The translations under genes and the position numbers were made by a program. A DNA stretch of 63,855 nt, the filler included, from Olpidium bornovanus S191 (lineage: Eukaryota > Fungi > Olpidiomycota): the NCBI GenBank assembly GCA_017911155.1. It is 26 parts of 26 records of this genome, joined end to end, with 100 filler letters (N's around TTAATTAATTAA, not from the genome) between each part and the next. Parts side by side here need not be neighbours in the genome. Positions count along the whole stretch, not along the records: positions 1 to 3,468 come from JAEFCI010000207.1; positions 3,569 to 6,956 come from JAEFCI010006241.1; positions 7,057 to 9,155 come from JAEFCI010008749.1; positions 9,256 to 10,876 come from JAEFCI010004531.1; positions 10,977 to 12,653 come from JAEFCI010010482.1; positions 12,754 to 16,782 come from JAEFCI010009871.1; 20 more parts are not named here. One strand, written 5' to 3'. The notes below the pieces were generated by a model, which saw only the letters and a program-made list of their open reading frames with translations, did not search any database and was not told the origin of the DNA. Each line of letters opens with the position of its first letter. The stretch's first letter is position 1. Shown here piece after piece: positions 1-15,189 of the stretch.

Positions 1-2923
1 CATGATTTCGCGCGGGAGCCGGTCTTTGTGGGCGGTGCGCCGCAGCCGCCGGGAGATTTCTCGGGCGAAGCCTTTTCGGCGAATCACGACGTCGTCGTGG
101 TCGACAACACGGGAAGGTTGAACATTGCCGCGTGGATGTCGAAGTCGGATATGGCCGAGGTGGGAATCCTGCGCGTCGTTTTTTCGACGCTGCGCGTTTT
201 GTATACTTCGACCCGCTGGGGGTGCGTCAGACGGCTTACATCGTCCCGCAGCTTCAACACGAAGCGAAGCTGGCCATGAAGTTTCTCGACGAGACCGCGG
301 CAGACAGGTTCGCTGCCCTCTTCTTGTACCGGGTGGACCGGCCCGAATTGAAGTTTGATAACGTGCTGAGGTACGAAACCGGGCGAGCAGTCAAATTCGT
401 TGGCTTGCCAAGACCCGGCGCTGACGTTGCAACGCCCTGTGAGCAGAATACCCATTCCGGAGGCGATCCCCCCGTTGTATAATCTCGCATCACAGCTCGA
501 CATCCCCTGTCAAGCCGCATTCCTTCGGCGGAAGATTCCCGATCTTCTGGTCCGAGGGTTGCGAGATCGTGTTCCCCTGGTCACGGCGAGGTTAGAGAGG
601 ACGCCTTCTTGGAGGCTGCAGGATGCTCGACCCCAAAATAAGCGTGCCGAGCTGCTGGTTGGATTATTGTTGAATCCGGACCACGCGCCGAGACTGGTCG
701 ACCATGGTCCACCTGCAGAAGATGCAAAGGCCTGCGAGGACTTCCGGCGGCTCTGGGGCAACAAGTCAGAGCTCCGTCGTTTTCAGAACGGTCAGATCGG
801 CGAGTCGGTCGTCTGGGCCTGTGGCGATGCGGAGAAAAGGTTGATGATCCCCACGCGCGCGGCTCTCTACCTTCTGCAACGACACGTCTTCATAGAGCCC
901 CAGTCGGTGGAGTGCTGGGCAGGGAGCGCCCTCGTCAACCTATTACGACCCGCTGCTCGTGTCCCGCGCGCCGCCCGCATCGAGAGCAGCGAACTGGTTG
1001 CCGCGGGGTTTAAGACCGTCATGAAGTCTTTTGATGCGTTTGCGAAGATGATCAGGGGTTTCGACGGATTGCCCTTTGCGGTCTCCGCTGTCACCCCTGC
1101 CTCCTCGGCCCTCAGATACTCTTCGCTCTTCGTTCCCCGGCCTCGAGATGTCTCCGAATGGAGTTCTGTCCCGAGCACCTGCCAGTTCATTGAACCGATA
1201 GAGATCATCGTGCAGCTGGAAGGTAACACGCGGTGGCCCGACGACCTCGCCGCCATCCGCCAGACGAAGCTGGGGTTTTACATCAAGTTCGCTGAGCTTT
1301 TTGAAAAGGCTTTCCCCGGTTCGGTCAGAACGGCGGTAGCTGCAGCGCACGGCGACGAGGAAGGATATTTAGACGTCGCCGGCGGTTCGGGTTTCGTGTT
1401 CCGCGTCCGCATTCAGCAGGAGCGCGAAGCGTTTCTGATGGAGCGGGAGATCAAGGACTCGACGACGCCGGCAGGGCGAAAGACCGGGCTCCAGCGTCTG
1501 CTGCACGGTTACCGCCGACGTTACGAACACGTGCCAACTCACACGAACCTGCTGCAGGCGCTGTGCCAGCACCACCCCTCGCTGTCGGGTTCAATCCGGT
1601 TGGCGAAACGTTGGCTGGCCGCGCACTGCGTCCTAGGCGAGCCGCACGTGTCGGAGGAGCTCGCCGAGCTCCTTACCGCGCGGCCGTTCACCGACCCGGC
1701 GCCGCACACGATCCCGGCCAGCCCCCAGGCCGGCTTCGCGCGGTTCCTATACCATCTGGCCGAGTGGGATTGGAAAGCCGAGCCGGCGTCCGTCGACCTC
1801 GAACACGCCGAGGGCTGTTCCTCCTCGTGCGGCGGCGCGTGGACGGAGGCGCTGCGAGCGGAGGCCGACGAGAAGTTTGCGGCCCTCCGAGCGGAAGAGG
1901 AGACGGCGGCGAGGGCTTCCGGAACCGCAACGCGGCGGACGCGGACGTGGATCGTGCAAACGCCCCGCGACACCGCAGGCACAGCGTGGACCGCCCCGGC
2001 GCCCGTCGTCGCGAGGCGAATCCGAACACTCGCGAAGGCGGCGGTCAAGCTCCTTCGGGAGAGCATTGTTTCCGGTTGCGAGAGGAACATCGTGGTAAAA
2101 GAAAAATTCGCTTTTTCCGCGACTTTCTTTTTTTTTTTAATGGCTCCACCAACGACTTTTTGACGAGTGGGGTCGCCATTCTGTTTTCGCGCGTACGCTC
2201 AGAACCTTTTTGGACATCCGACGGACGCTTACGATGTCCTCCTGTGCCTCGACGAAGAGAAGCTTACCAGGCGCTACGAGGCGGTGAGCCCGACCGCTTC
2301 GCTGTTGAGGAGCAAACGGTCAAGCGAACTTCGCGCGGGGAAGGAGGAGGGTCCGGCCAGCGAAAACTGCATGCCCATGGTCGGATGGGATCCGGCGAAC
2401 GAGTTTCTAAACGATCTGCAGGTAATTATGTCGGGCGGGGAACGGACGTGCTTCCCTCGTCCCCCCCCCCCCCCCCCCCCCCCCCCTCTGCCGTTCCAAA
2501 TGCGGGCAGCCTCAGCGAGACGCCGGGAGAAAACCTCTCACGCTTTTCATTTTTTTTTTCTTTAATGTTCGACGTGATCGCCAGCGCACGTACTCCAACG
2601 TTGCCCATTTTTTCCAAGACCGCTACGGCGGATCCACCGTGTTCGTCCTCTGGGACCCAAGCGTGCGGGAACCGCGGCCGTGGAAGGCGAACCTAGCCTT
2701 CTCGACGCGGACCGTCGGGGGGTCGGACGACGACGACGGCTGCGGCGGCGGGGACACCGGGGAGTCGGGGGCGAAGGGCGGCGGCAAGGTCACGAGCGCG
2801 AAGGAAAAAAAGAAGAAGAAGAAGATCCCCGTCCCGCACGCAGCGGCCAACCTGGACGCCATCGTGTCGGAAATGACCCGAATCGGCGGGGGCCTCGTGA
2901 GAGAGGTCCTGTCGCAGAGCTGA
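1..2923 (+). CDS. UTP22: Nrap/Utp22 (NOL6) rRNA-processing protein, 5'-truncated, multi-exon
   Basis: Motifs VVVDNTGRLNIA, LQHEAKLAMKFLD, WGNKSELRRFQNGQIGESVVW, QLEGNTRWPDDLAAI, SIRLAKRWLAAH and the C-terminus LDAIVSEMTRIGGGLV. GT-AG introns at about 160-251, 371-448, 2095-2202 and 2422-2584 join the frames. Stop TGA ends at 2923. Confidence 0.92.
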
Positions 2924-3468
2924 TGGGAAAATAAGAAAAGAGTATGTCGCGAGGGGAGAGAGTGCGGGGAAAAGGGGGGATCCGACTTCTATACTGTACA
3001 TATTTAGGGAACAAAGAAAAGAAAAAAAAAAAAAGAAACCAAATGCATACTCATTGACTTGTATGAGCATCCCCTATTTCCCTTTTATTCCTTCTAGACT
3101 CTACCTAACCGCACGTACCCGGCTCCCATGGTTAACCACGTATCTACGTTTTGTTAAAATGCTTTTTTTTGCGACGCCCCAGGGGATCACGGAATTCTGC
3201 GGCCCGAGCGCCCGGGGCGCGAAGCGTGCGTCTCTTCACGGGCGGCACGGGAAATTTGGCGCGGCTGCAGAAGTCGGATTGCTGCCTGCCTGCAACCGGG
3301 TTGCGGGATCCAGGATTCGGAGGAAACTAGCGGGGCGGCGCTGTTGTGGCCGGGCCCAGTCGGTAGGAGGAGGGGGGGGGTGGCCGGAAAGAAGTCGAGA
3401 GAAGCGCATCGAACAGGGACCGGCCAGCCTTTACAAGGGGAAAGCGTGACTACCTGTTGGGGTGCATG

Positions 3469-3568
3469 NNNNNNNNNNNNNNNNNNNNNNNNNNNNNNNN
3501 NNNNNNNNNNNNTTAATTAATTAANNNNNNNNNNNNNNNNNNNNNNNNNNNNNNNNNNNNNNNNNNNN
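3469..3568. other. Artificial contig spacer N44-TTAATTAATTAA-N44 (first of 25)
   Basis: The identical 100-bp block with stops in all six frames recurs 25 times, e.g. 6957-7056, 9156-9255 ... 59888-59987. Confidence 0.99.
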
Positions 3569-4199
3569 CATGCCGGTTTTCGACGCACTTCCCGCCGTCG
3601 TTCAAGGTATTTTATCCTCCTATGTGAGGATATTGTCGCTACCAAGACAAAGCGGGCGCGTGTTACGTCAATTCTTTTCTGGCTTTTCCACCTCCCAAGC
3701 GCGCGCTGTTTTTTATTGAACAGCGAGAATTTTTTTTCCCTTTTACTCGGCTTTTTTCGCTTTTTTTTTCGGAACGGAATGCCGAGTGGTCACGTCAACG
3801 AGCATTATCGCGAGTCCTGTTTGCAGGCTTCTTTCGTTCTTTCTTTTTTTTTATACCTTTTATTATATTCCGTTGGCGGAGACTTCTCACGGTGTGCCGG
3901 CTTTTCCGTTGCGCGAGCCGGACCGCTGCTGCTGCTGCTGGCGGGAAGAGGGCGCCGCCGCGTGCTCTTCGTTAACTGGACTCGCTCTACCCGGCGGAAG
4001 GAGCGCGGGGTAGAGCGAGCTGGCGGGGTATGGCAGCGCGTGTGCGCGTCGTCGTGCCCTCGTGTGACGACGCGTTTCGACCGCGAGTGCCGGCCCCCTT
4101 TCCCCGGGCCCCTTCCCCACAAAAAAAAAAGTAAAAAAAAAAGTCGCGCGACGGACGAAAAACGGGACCCCAGGGAAGGGAACGAAGAGACGAGGATAA

Positions 4200-6946
<2,747 letters not shown>

Positions 6947-7119
6947 GTAAGCCATGNNNNNNNNNNNNNNNNNNNNNNNNNNNNNNNNNNNNNNNNNNNN
7001 TTAATTAATTAANNNNNNNNNNNNNNNNNNNNNNNNNNNNNNNNNNNNNNNNNNNNCATGCAGCCCGTCCTATTTGAACGCGTTGGATATCAGCCAGGCG
7101 TCCGTCCGCTCACCTTTTC

Positions 7120-9121
7120 TCACCGAGAGCGCAACTCGTCGAATGGCTTGGGCGTCTGGACTTTCGGGCATGTCATCTCCGTTTTCCTCTTCGCTTTGAG
7201 CTGTCGGCCGGGGTTCGCGGCGGCCGCTAAGGCCGCGTTTTGAGGCTGCGCGTCCGAAAACAGGGCGAGCCCCCGGAGCAGCCGGTAGTCCAGCGGCGCC
7301 TCTTCGTGATGATGACGGCGCCGGGCTCGAACCACCGGCGACCGGTGGCAAGAAGGCTGCTGGGTCAGCGCCTCCTGCTGTAAAGTTTTGATTTTCTCGG
7401 TCGCGTACCGCCGCTGCCACAGCCTCGTCTTCCGCTGCTCTTCCGCGAGCGTCGTCACGCACTCTTGCAGCGCCCGGGAGTACAGGTCCAGGTGAGCGCG
7501 CAGGGTTTCCAGCGTGCACTGGGAGTGGCACTCGCCGGCGGAGGATCTGAACCTGCCGGGGCCCCGGGGAGTGGTGGGAGTGGTGGTGGCCCTTGGCCGC
7601 GGCTGGGGCTGCGGCGAATGCGGCGAAGGCTGACCGGCGGCAGCGGACGTGGGATAGCCCGAAAGGTTGACCGGATGCAATTCGCTCCTGGCCGACGCCC
7701 TCGGCTTCCGGGCATCGAGAAAGACCTGGTGGACGCTCATTCCGTTTGCTCTCGAAAGCCGCGGATCTTTCACCGTTCGAAAGAGCGCCGTTCGCACGGC
7801 CGCGGGCGTCCTCGGGCGGGACTTTCTCGCTGACGATTTCGCTCGCGCGATCGTCAGCCGCTGCGTCCCAGCCGGCTTGGCCTCCTCAAATTTCAATTCG
7901 TCAGACGACCGCTGCGGCATAGCGAGTTCCACGGGCGCCGTCTCCGGCCTATTAATCACTGCTGGAGCGTCTTCGACATTGCCGGAGTTGGCAAAATCTA
8001 CTATCTGTGCAGCCGCATCGCGATTTCCGTGGAACGGCAAGGTGCAGCAGACGTTGCGGACCTGCGGCTCTAATTGGGCTCGCGTTTCTCGCGGAACTGA
8101 TGACAGAAGCTGCGCCAGCTGCGGCGGGATAATAGGCTGCACGCCGCCGCCTAGCGAGCTACCAGCATCGATTGTGTGTCACCGCTTCACGTGGCGTATG
8201 CTCAAACGGAATAGACGACACTCACGTCGCCGGGACGTTCTCAGACTCATTTGTGCGTTCAAGGAACAGCGGCGTTGTAGGCAGTTGCGCTCTTACATCG
8301 AAGTCCCGGTTTATCGAGATGTTTTTGGCTACGTTGATCAGGGCTGCCCGCAGGGACGACATGCCTGGAAACGCGACTCAATCAGCGGAGTCGTCGACGT
8401 CGAAGTCCGGGGCAGCGCGAAAGCACTGTCGCTCACCGGGTTCAGAAATGTCTCGCATCGAATCTGCTTCCGTCAGGACAACACCTTGCGCTTCCAAGGC
8501 GTCCAGCAAAACGTCTCCATCCGTGACGGACTCGGCGACGGTGGCCAACACCCGCCGGAGAACAATGTTCTCGGCGGACAGCTGCTGCAATTCCGCTTCC
8601 AAATTTTCGGACTTCTCCGTCAGCTGGCGCAGGGCTTGGATGAGCTCGTGGGTTTTGTGGGCAAAGCTGCTGACGGGGGCCGGAGGCCGCGGTGCGTTCG
8701 GTGCGGGTCGAGCGCGGAAAACCGGCACAGGATCCTTGGGCGGCGGCTCTCTTGCCGGGGTAGGCCTCCTCGGCGGTGCTGCTGGCCTGGTCCCGGGCCG
8801 CTGCTTCGACAACTGCGCGGGCCGCCTTTTGTTTCCAGGCCGCCTGTCACTCTCGGGCGGTGCGGCCTCTCCCGTAGGCCGCACTACAGGACGCTCCGCG
8901 GGCGACCCATCGTCATCATCGCCGCCCGCGACGGGATCGGCGTCCGCGAAGAAATCGGGCGTCTCGGTGCCGCTGCGGCGGCCTTGGTCGTCGTCGTCGT
9001 CGTCGTCGATGTCGGCCAGAAGAGCCATCATCCGCTGGCGCTCCGCCAAATCGTCCTCCTCGCTGAAGCCGCCGGCGCCGGCGCTCGCGGCTCCCGGCCA
9101 ATCGTCGCCCATCCCGTCCAT
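7120..9121 (-). CDS. Hypothetical multi-exon protein with acidic N-terminus and two coiled-coil segments
   Basis: ORF 9121-8378 has a GTGAGC donor after ...DISEPG, which splices in phase to exon GMSSLRAALINVAKNISINRDFDV. A GTGAGT donor then leads to ORF 8142-7120. Heptad-like segments: HELIQALRQLTEKSENLEAELQQLSAENIVLRRVL and LDLYSRALQECVTTLAEEQRK. Family not recognised. Confidence 0.6.
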
Positions 9122-9255
9122 GGTGGGTGCCCCCCGTGGTGCGTGGAGCGGCGGGNNNNNNNNNNNNNNNNNNNNNNNNNNNNNNNNNNNNNNNNNNNNT
9201 TAATTAATTAANNNNNNNNNNNNNNNNNNNNNNNNNNNNNNNNNNNNNNNNNNNN

Positions 9256-9430
9256 CAGGCGGCGCAGAGGGCGCGGCGGGCGGCCGAAGGCGGCGGAAGC
9301 GGCGCGGCAGGCGGATGCCGGCGGCGCAGAGGGCGCGGCAGGCGGCCGAAGGCGGCGGAAGCGGCGCGGCAGGCGGCCGAAGGCGGCGGAAGCGGCGCGG
9401 CAGGCGGCCGAAGGCGGCGGAAGCGGCAGC
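9256..9430. repeat. GC-rich tandem repeat, about 31-bp unit (CAGGCGGCCGAAGGCGGCGGAAGCGGCGCGG)
   Basis: Several near-identical units are visible at the contig start. Confidence 0.85.
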
Positions 9431-9830
9431 GTTTGTTTGTTGTGGTGTTTGTTCGGGTGAGGGCGAAGCGCGATTTCGCCTGTGGGCGCGCTCCCCAGAG
9501 GGGTTTCTATACCCCCCCGGGGAAGCCGTCCAGCCCACCGACGCGGGCGCTTCGATGCGCCCCGCCCAGCCCACCGGGGCTGGCGGTTCGTTGGGCACGT
9601 CGAAGCGAAGTCGTTACAAGCGCTACCAGAGGCGCCTTGGTGTAAGGTCGGTATGGGCGATATGGGCGCTACGGGAAGCGCGTCAGTTATCACCGGCCAA
9701 TCCGTCGAAGAGCATTTCAAAGGGCTCTTCGAGGAAAAGCGTTTAAAGTGCGGCGTCAAGACAACGGGTGCCTCGACGATAAGCAGCACTCCCTCTATGT
9801 CTAACCTTCGCTACGCAGCGCGTCCCCCAC
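9430..9830 (+). mobile_element. Unclassified dispersed repeat, copy 1 (homologous to 44260-44610, opposite strand)
   Basis: Collinear shared blocks GGGTGAGGGCGAAGCGCGA, CCTGTGGGCGCGCTCCCC, GGGGAAGCCGTCCAGCCCACCG, TCGAAGAGCA and CTAACCTTCGCTACGCAGCGCG. Confidence 0.7.
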
Positions 9831-10466
9831 CAATATCGTCATCGAGGCAAAGCTCCTACACCACCCGCCTAGGAGATCTCCGGTCTCTTCATCGTATAGC
9901 CAAGCCTCCCTCACCCTACCTTTAGCATCAAGGTTACGTAATGACTTGAGGTCAAAGTACTCCGCCGAAGGAGGGATCCCCGGGAACCGAGACGCGTACT
10001 TTCCAGTACGGCAGGCATACTCAGATCGCCTTTGAAGCAAGAAGACCCTCAGTCCAAGGTCAGCAGGGCGATCCAAGGACTTCCTGGGGCGACCAGGCTT
10101 GGCGCGGACGCGCCATGCCTCGTATACGCGGGGGTATACTTCGCAGCGACGTCCTACTTGTGTCGTGTTTGTTTTCTTTATTTCGTTTTGGGCTCCGAGT
10201 AGTAGTAGTAGTAGTATGAGAGCAATACAAGTATTTTGGGCGCAACAGCCCCCCTCGCTCGAAGGACGGAATAGAAAAGGAAAAGAAAAGGAAAAAGGAG
10301 AAAGGGAAATATGAAGTTTGGGTTGACGGAGAAGTACAGTAAAATGGGAAAACAAATTGGGCGGAAAGTAAAGTGCGGGACTGTGTGGAGAATCTTGACT
10401 GCTCAGTACCTTCTCGCCTCGGCCAACGCCCCCTTGTGACCTTTTGAATATCCAGGGGCTTGATGT

Positions 10467-10700
10467 CTACTTGACCGTAGACGGGCAAGGGCGCACTCCG
10501 ATGGCATCCCGGAAGCGTGCGAAGTTGATGGAGTTGAGTCCTTTTGTGAAGCCGTCAGCAAGGTTGCTTGCCGATGGTACTTGAATGAGTTCGACTTTGC
10601 TGCTCGTCACGCACTCGCGGACGTATAAGTGGCGGAGCTCCATGGTGCCGCAATGAAAACGATGGTGATCAGTCATCGCAATGCTGGCCGAGGTCGACTG
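10467..10700 (-). mobile_element. Ty1/copia RNase H C-terminal remnant
   Basis: MELRHLYVRECVTSSKVELIQVPSASNLADGFTKGLNSINFARFRDAIGV matches the copia pattern KH(I/M)(D/E)xRxHxVRE...NLADxFTKxL. The KH codons appear to be deleted. Confidence 0.85.
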
Positions 10701-11129
10701 GTCAAGAGCATTGATGACGTGCGGGAGGGGAAAAACCGAATTAATTTACGAAACCCCCCCCCCCCCAGATGCTCCTCCTCAATGAAGGGGGCGCTTTTCT
10801 CGAAGCACGAGGCCAAGCCTTCTAGTTCTCCCCTTTTCGTTTCCCGCAGGAAAACCGAAAGTCAGTTTTAAGTCGANNNNNNNNNNNNNNNNNNNNNNNN
10901 NNNNNNNNNNNNNNNNNNNNTTAATTAATTAANNNNNNNNNNNNNNNNNNNNNNNNNNNNNNNNNNNNNNNNNNNNAAGTTTTCTCGATTTGCCTATTTT
11001 TGTTTTGCCGTTTAGTTGCTGCGCCAACGTTCGCTTCAAACATGGCAAGGCATAATTGCGCCCGAAAAGAAGATAGCACATATTTAGAAACGCTCCCTTT
11101 GCTGAGAAGCCGAGATGCGGCCGTCTCAA

Positions 11130-11225
11130 AAGCAATATATATCGTCAGGACCGATGACATGATGGCTGCGTCAAAAACGCCGTGGTTGACGAAGTTATTT
11201 AATCTTGTCGAGGAGCGAATGTGGT
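11130..11225 (+). mobile_element. Possible degenerate copia RT YVDD region
   Basis: IYIVRTDDMMAASKTPWLTKLFNLVEE loosely resembles ILLYVDDMLIAS...KLK. Short and weak. Confidence 0.25.
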
Positions 11226-13884
11226 GTCAGCGTACGCAGCGAAGCTGTTTCCGTTCATGCCGCCCACAGTTATCGGCCCAATCGCCGCCGTGATCCAAGA
11301 TCTAACAAAAACTGCTGCCATCCGTCCGGGCGTCCGTACCGTCTCGATTGCGCCCCGTGTGTTCGCCGAAGGCCGGCGATGGGAGATGCAAATGTCGGGC
11401 CTCGGCACGCTTCGTTGCTCTTTTCCGTTAACAGCTTCACAGCTGCTTAATCACATTGCATGACCTGTTCTCGTTGTCTCTACTCCAGCTGGGATTCCCC
11501 GACGTGTTTGACGTCATAAGCAGAACTTGATACGTTCCCTGGATCTCGCCTCTATCAGTCAGCTCGAGCGTTTGTGCAGAAACGACCTCCCTTTTGGACG
11601 TTTTGCGCCTTTCGGCGGGCTCGTCGTCCCGGCCCACGGCCCCCACCTCAAACCGGGTTCGAGGACCCTTCGCAGTCCTCCCATAGCCGAAACACTCCAG
11701 GAGGCCCAGGGCGTGTCATCCGCAACTCGGCCTTCGTGGGTTCCCTGCGGACCACTTTGCAGGGAGAGACTCCCATGGTTCCCGAGTCCACCGGCACCGT
11801 CCCCGCCTTGGCACGTAACCTCCGAGTCTAGGGGCCCTCCCGCGGAGCTGGCGGAGCCTCAGGAGTGGCGAAGCTCTTTCTGCACGGCCGTACCATCTAT
11901 CTTCTGCCCCTCCCCTTGCCTCCTCGTGGCCTCACTTCGTTGGGCGTATCCCGTTTATTAAAAAAAAATTCCCCCAAAAACATCACTCCCTCGCCAGCCA
12001 GCCGGGTTCGATCTGCTCACTAGCCATTTTTTTTTTCAAAACGTGATGCATACCACAAATGCGAGTACCTCGGCAGCTCTGGCAACCTCACTGCCAACGC
12101 GGTCACCAAGATGCTCCGGACCCTCATTATGAATGGCCACCGCCCGGCAGGTGGATTTGAATAGAAAGGGGACAGTGCTGCCCAGGAGGATGGGGGAGCT
12201 GGGCAGGGCTGTGAGCATCGTGGTGACCGGCCGGGGTAGGGAGCGGATGGGCGTACGCAGTGGCCTTCGGAGCCAGCGGCCTTTTGGCCGCCTGTGCCTC
12301 CCAAGCCAAACTGTTGGTCAAGATGGCAACCACTAGTACGGGGCAAGCGTTGGGCGACGGAGGCCTCCCCGCTGTGGCACGCATGATGCGTTGCCTCCAT
12401 TTTAGGCAAGTCTACTCACGCTGCGGTGGCTCTTTAGAGTCCAACGTAAGACGCGTGACTGCGCTGGAGGGCAAAGAAGGCAAAACCAAGCTACCCAGAC
12501 GCCCAAGTTTCTTTTATGTTGTCATCACAACAACAACTTTCGTAGTTGCTAGATAAAATAAGGAATTATTACTGCTTGTAATAGTTATTTTGATAGGTCA
12601 TTTGTAGATTCAAAGCAGAAAGTCTCGCTTAAGAGATAAGTTTTGTCCATGTANNNNNNNNNNNNNNNNNNNNNNNNNNNNNNNNNNNNNNNNNNNNTTA
12701 ATTAATTAANNNNNNNNNNNNNNNNNNNNNNNNNNNNNNNNNNNNNNNNNNNNCCAGAAACCGGGGAACTTACCGGCACTTCGGGCGGGCGGGAAACCGC
12801 GTAACTGCAAGCGCCAGTCCGGTTCACTAGCGGCTGGTGAGGAAGGACTGCCCACCCGGAGGCGCGATGCATGCGGCTGGTGGAGCCGCGCACGGCGGAC
12901 TTCGAGAGTACCCGGCGGCGCCGGTGACGCGCAATCCGGGCACAATTTCGGCGCCAAGCGCGGCCTTGCGCGCGAGCTGCTCGCCTGTGTCGAGGTGCCC
13001 TTGCAATCAATGGTCGGGTGGGCGGCGGAAAACTCTCGCGGCTCCCATGCTCGTCTGCCAGCATCACAAACACTTCCGGGACGTCCGTCCGTCGCGTTGC
13101 AGGCGAAACGACCTGGGCGACCCACGGAGGGTTTTGTCCGCCTGGTCGCGTGGAGTTGCCACCAAGACCACCGGTCCTCCCTCCCATTGCAACGTGACTG
13201 CGACATGCGTCGGCTGCCGTGCTATCTCTCGCCGCACAGTCACGAATGTCCCGATACGGATAAGCAGGTAGGTGGTGGCCGCGCGGGTGGAGGCGTGCAC
13301 AAATTGGACGCCGGCCGGTGCCCCCTGTATTTGGGGCGTCAAGGGCGACAAGCAGCTCAGCCGGGTCCACGCAAACCCGTCCCCGATAAGTGGGTTTATC
13401 TGACCGGGGCGTGCGCGGCATGTCGCCGGCCGTTTTTACTTCTCGTTTCTTGACCTTTTGCCCGCTGCGTAGGGAAGGCCTCGGCGCCTCTGGTCTGCGA
13501 CCTCTCGCACGGGACACGACTGGAGGGCATCTGGCGCGCCCGGGGCTGCCGCGGAAACACGCTCGGCGGCGCGCTCGTTTGCGGGTTCCGTTGTGCTCTG
13601 TCTGGCGGAAGCGGGCGCGCGGCGGCAGGAAACAGAAGGGAAGACGGTGAGGGGGGTGGGGGGGGGGGGGGCAGATCACGCGCAGCTAGAAAAAGACTAA
13701 GAAAAAAAAACGAAAGGCAGGAAAAAAAAATTGGTAAACCGCAAAGGGCGGGCGGGTTTGCGCCGGACAAAATAACTTGGATGCTGGAGTTTTTACAGGG
13801 AGGAGAGCTGGAACGGAAGGTCGTCGCTTATTTTGTTCCGGCGCCACCTATAATTCCCTAAATGTTTTGTCGGATCGAAAGCAG

Positions 13885-13967
13885 CGGGAGATGGCCGAGT
13901 TGGTCTAAGGCGTCAGATTAAGGCTCTGATCTCTTCGGAGGCAAGGGTTCGAATCCCTTTCTCCTCA
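13885..13967 (+). tRNA. tRNA-Leu(AAG), intronless, long variable arm
   Basis: D-arm TGGCCGAGTTGGTCTAAGGCG; anticodon stem TCAGA/TCTGA with loop TTAAGGC; variable arm CTCTTCGGAG; T-arm AAGGG-TTCGAAT-CCCTT; discriminator A; T-run terminator downstream. Positions 1:72 are a C:C mismatch. Confidence 0.9.
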
Positions 13968-15189
13968 CTTTGTTTTTTTCTCGGGTGATCGAATCCCTTT
14001 CTCCTCGCCCTTTTTTGTTTCCCTTTGTGAGCGTTCTCCCTCGGTGGGGACATTTTTTTTTTTCTCGTCGGGGTTACGGTCTCGACGTCCGCTCCCGCGC
14101 ACTTTTTTTCTCTCCCCTCTTCCGCTCGGCTCTCGTCTCGTTCCGGCCCGGCTTTTTCTCCCGCCGCGAGCGCGCACCACAATGTTCTGCGACGGCGCCG
14201 TTTACGCGGCGCCTTCTCCTCACCTCCGCCGCTGCCTCGCCCGGACGTTTTCCGGCCCCGCTCCCCGCGCCCCCCGTCCTTCCCGCGCGCGCTCCCGGAG
14301 AAAACGAAGAAGAAAAGTGGGGTGGGGGGAAAAGGGGCGCGCCCGCGCGCCATAATAAAAGAAAAAGAAAAACGCGAAAAAAAAAAATAATCACGGCGGC
14401 GACGCGACGGACACAAAAAAAAATTCCCGGCGGCGGGGGTTGTTCGCGCCGTTGTCGCGCGTCAGAAGGGTGGGGGGGGGGGTTTCCCGCCGTCGCGTGC
14501 TTTTTTCTTTTTGCAGGACAGGAAAAAAAAAAAGAAAACGCGCTGCTGCGCGCGCGCGGAGCGGAAAAAAAAGCGCGAACGGGAGAAAACTTGGTTCTGC
14601 AGGGGTTTCCGATGGAGTTTTTTTTTTGTCGTGTTCGGGGCTCTGCCGCGACAAAAAGAAACCGGGGAAAAATAAACCCGCGAAAAGCGGCCCCGAAGCG
14701 GCGCGTGCTCAAACCGGGTTGGAGGCCAGGTGAAAGGGGGGGAAGGCCCGTCGGGTCTTCCTCGTGGCCGGGAACGCACATCATTTTACAAGCGGGGGCA
14801 GCGCCGGCGAGGAAAAAAAAAAAAACAAAAAAAAAAGAACCGAATGCGCCTTTGCGCGTCGTCATACGCGCGCGCGTACGAGAGAGAAGGCGGCGGAGGC
14901 GGGGAAGGAGCGGCCATTTCAGCCGCCCCGCCCTTTCCCCTCTTCCTTACGCCCGCAGAATCTGATTAGCCTTTTCCGGAGGGGCGACACGTTCCCCCCG
15001 TATAATCTCTCTCTCTCTCGATTCGCGGTCTCCGCGCGCCGTCCTGCGCCCGCGCGTTCACTGGGGGGGAAGAGAGAGAAAGAGAGAGAGAGAGGAACAA
15101 CAAAAAAGAGAGAGAAACACACATCGGCGGGGAGGGGTCCGTCCGGCCTTCTTTTTTTTTTCTTTTGTCCGTCGCGCCCAGCGGCAAAC

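Noticed and set aside
3469-3568. Recurrent TTAATTAATTAA motif as a biological repeat
   Set aside because: Always centred in an exact 100-bp N block; it is an artificial six-frame-stop linker.
7667-9155. 514-aa and 343-aa plus-strand ORFs
   Set aside because: Antisense shadows of the spliced minus-strand gene.
10630-10650. Third internal CATG chimera in the copia RNase H remnant
   Set aside because: Sequence upstream of the CATG still resembles RNase H (STSASIAMTDHHRFH), so a small deletion explains it.
12754-13450. Protein-coding gene upstream of the tRNA
   Set aside because: A GTAAGT donor suggests an exon on the minus strand, but no consistent frame or motif could be supported.
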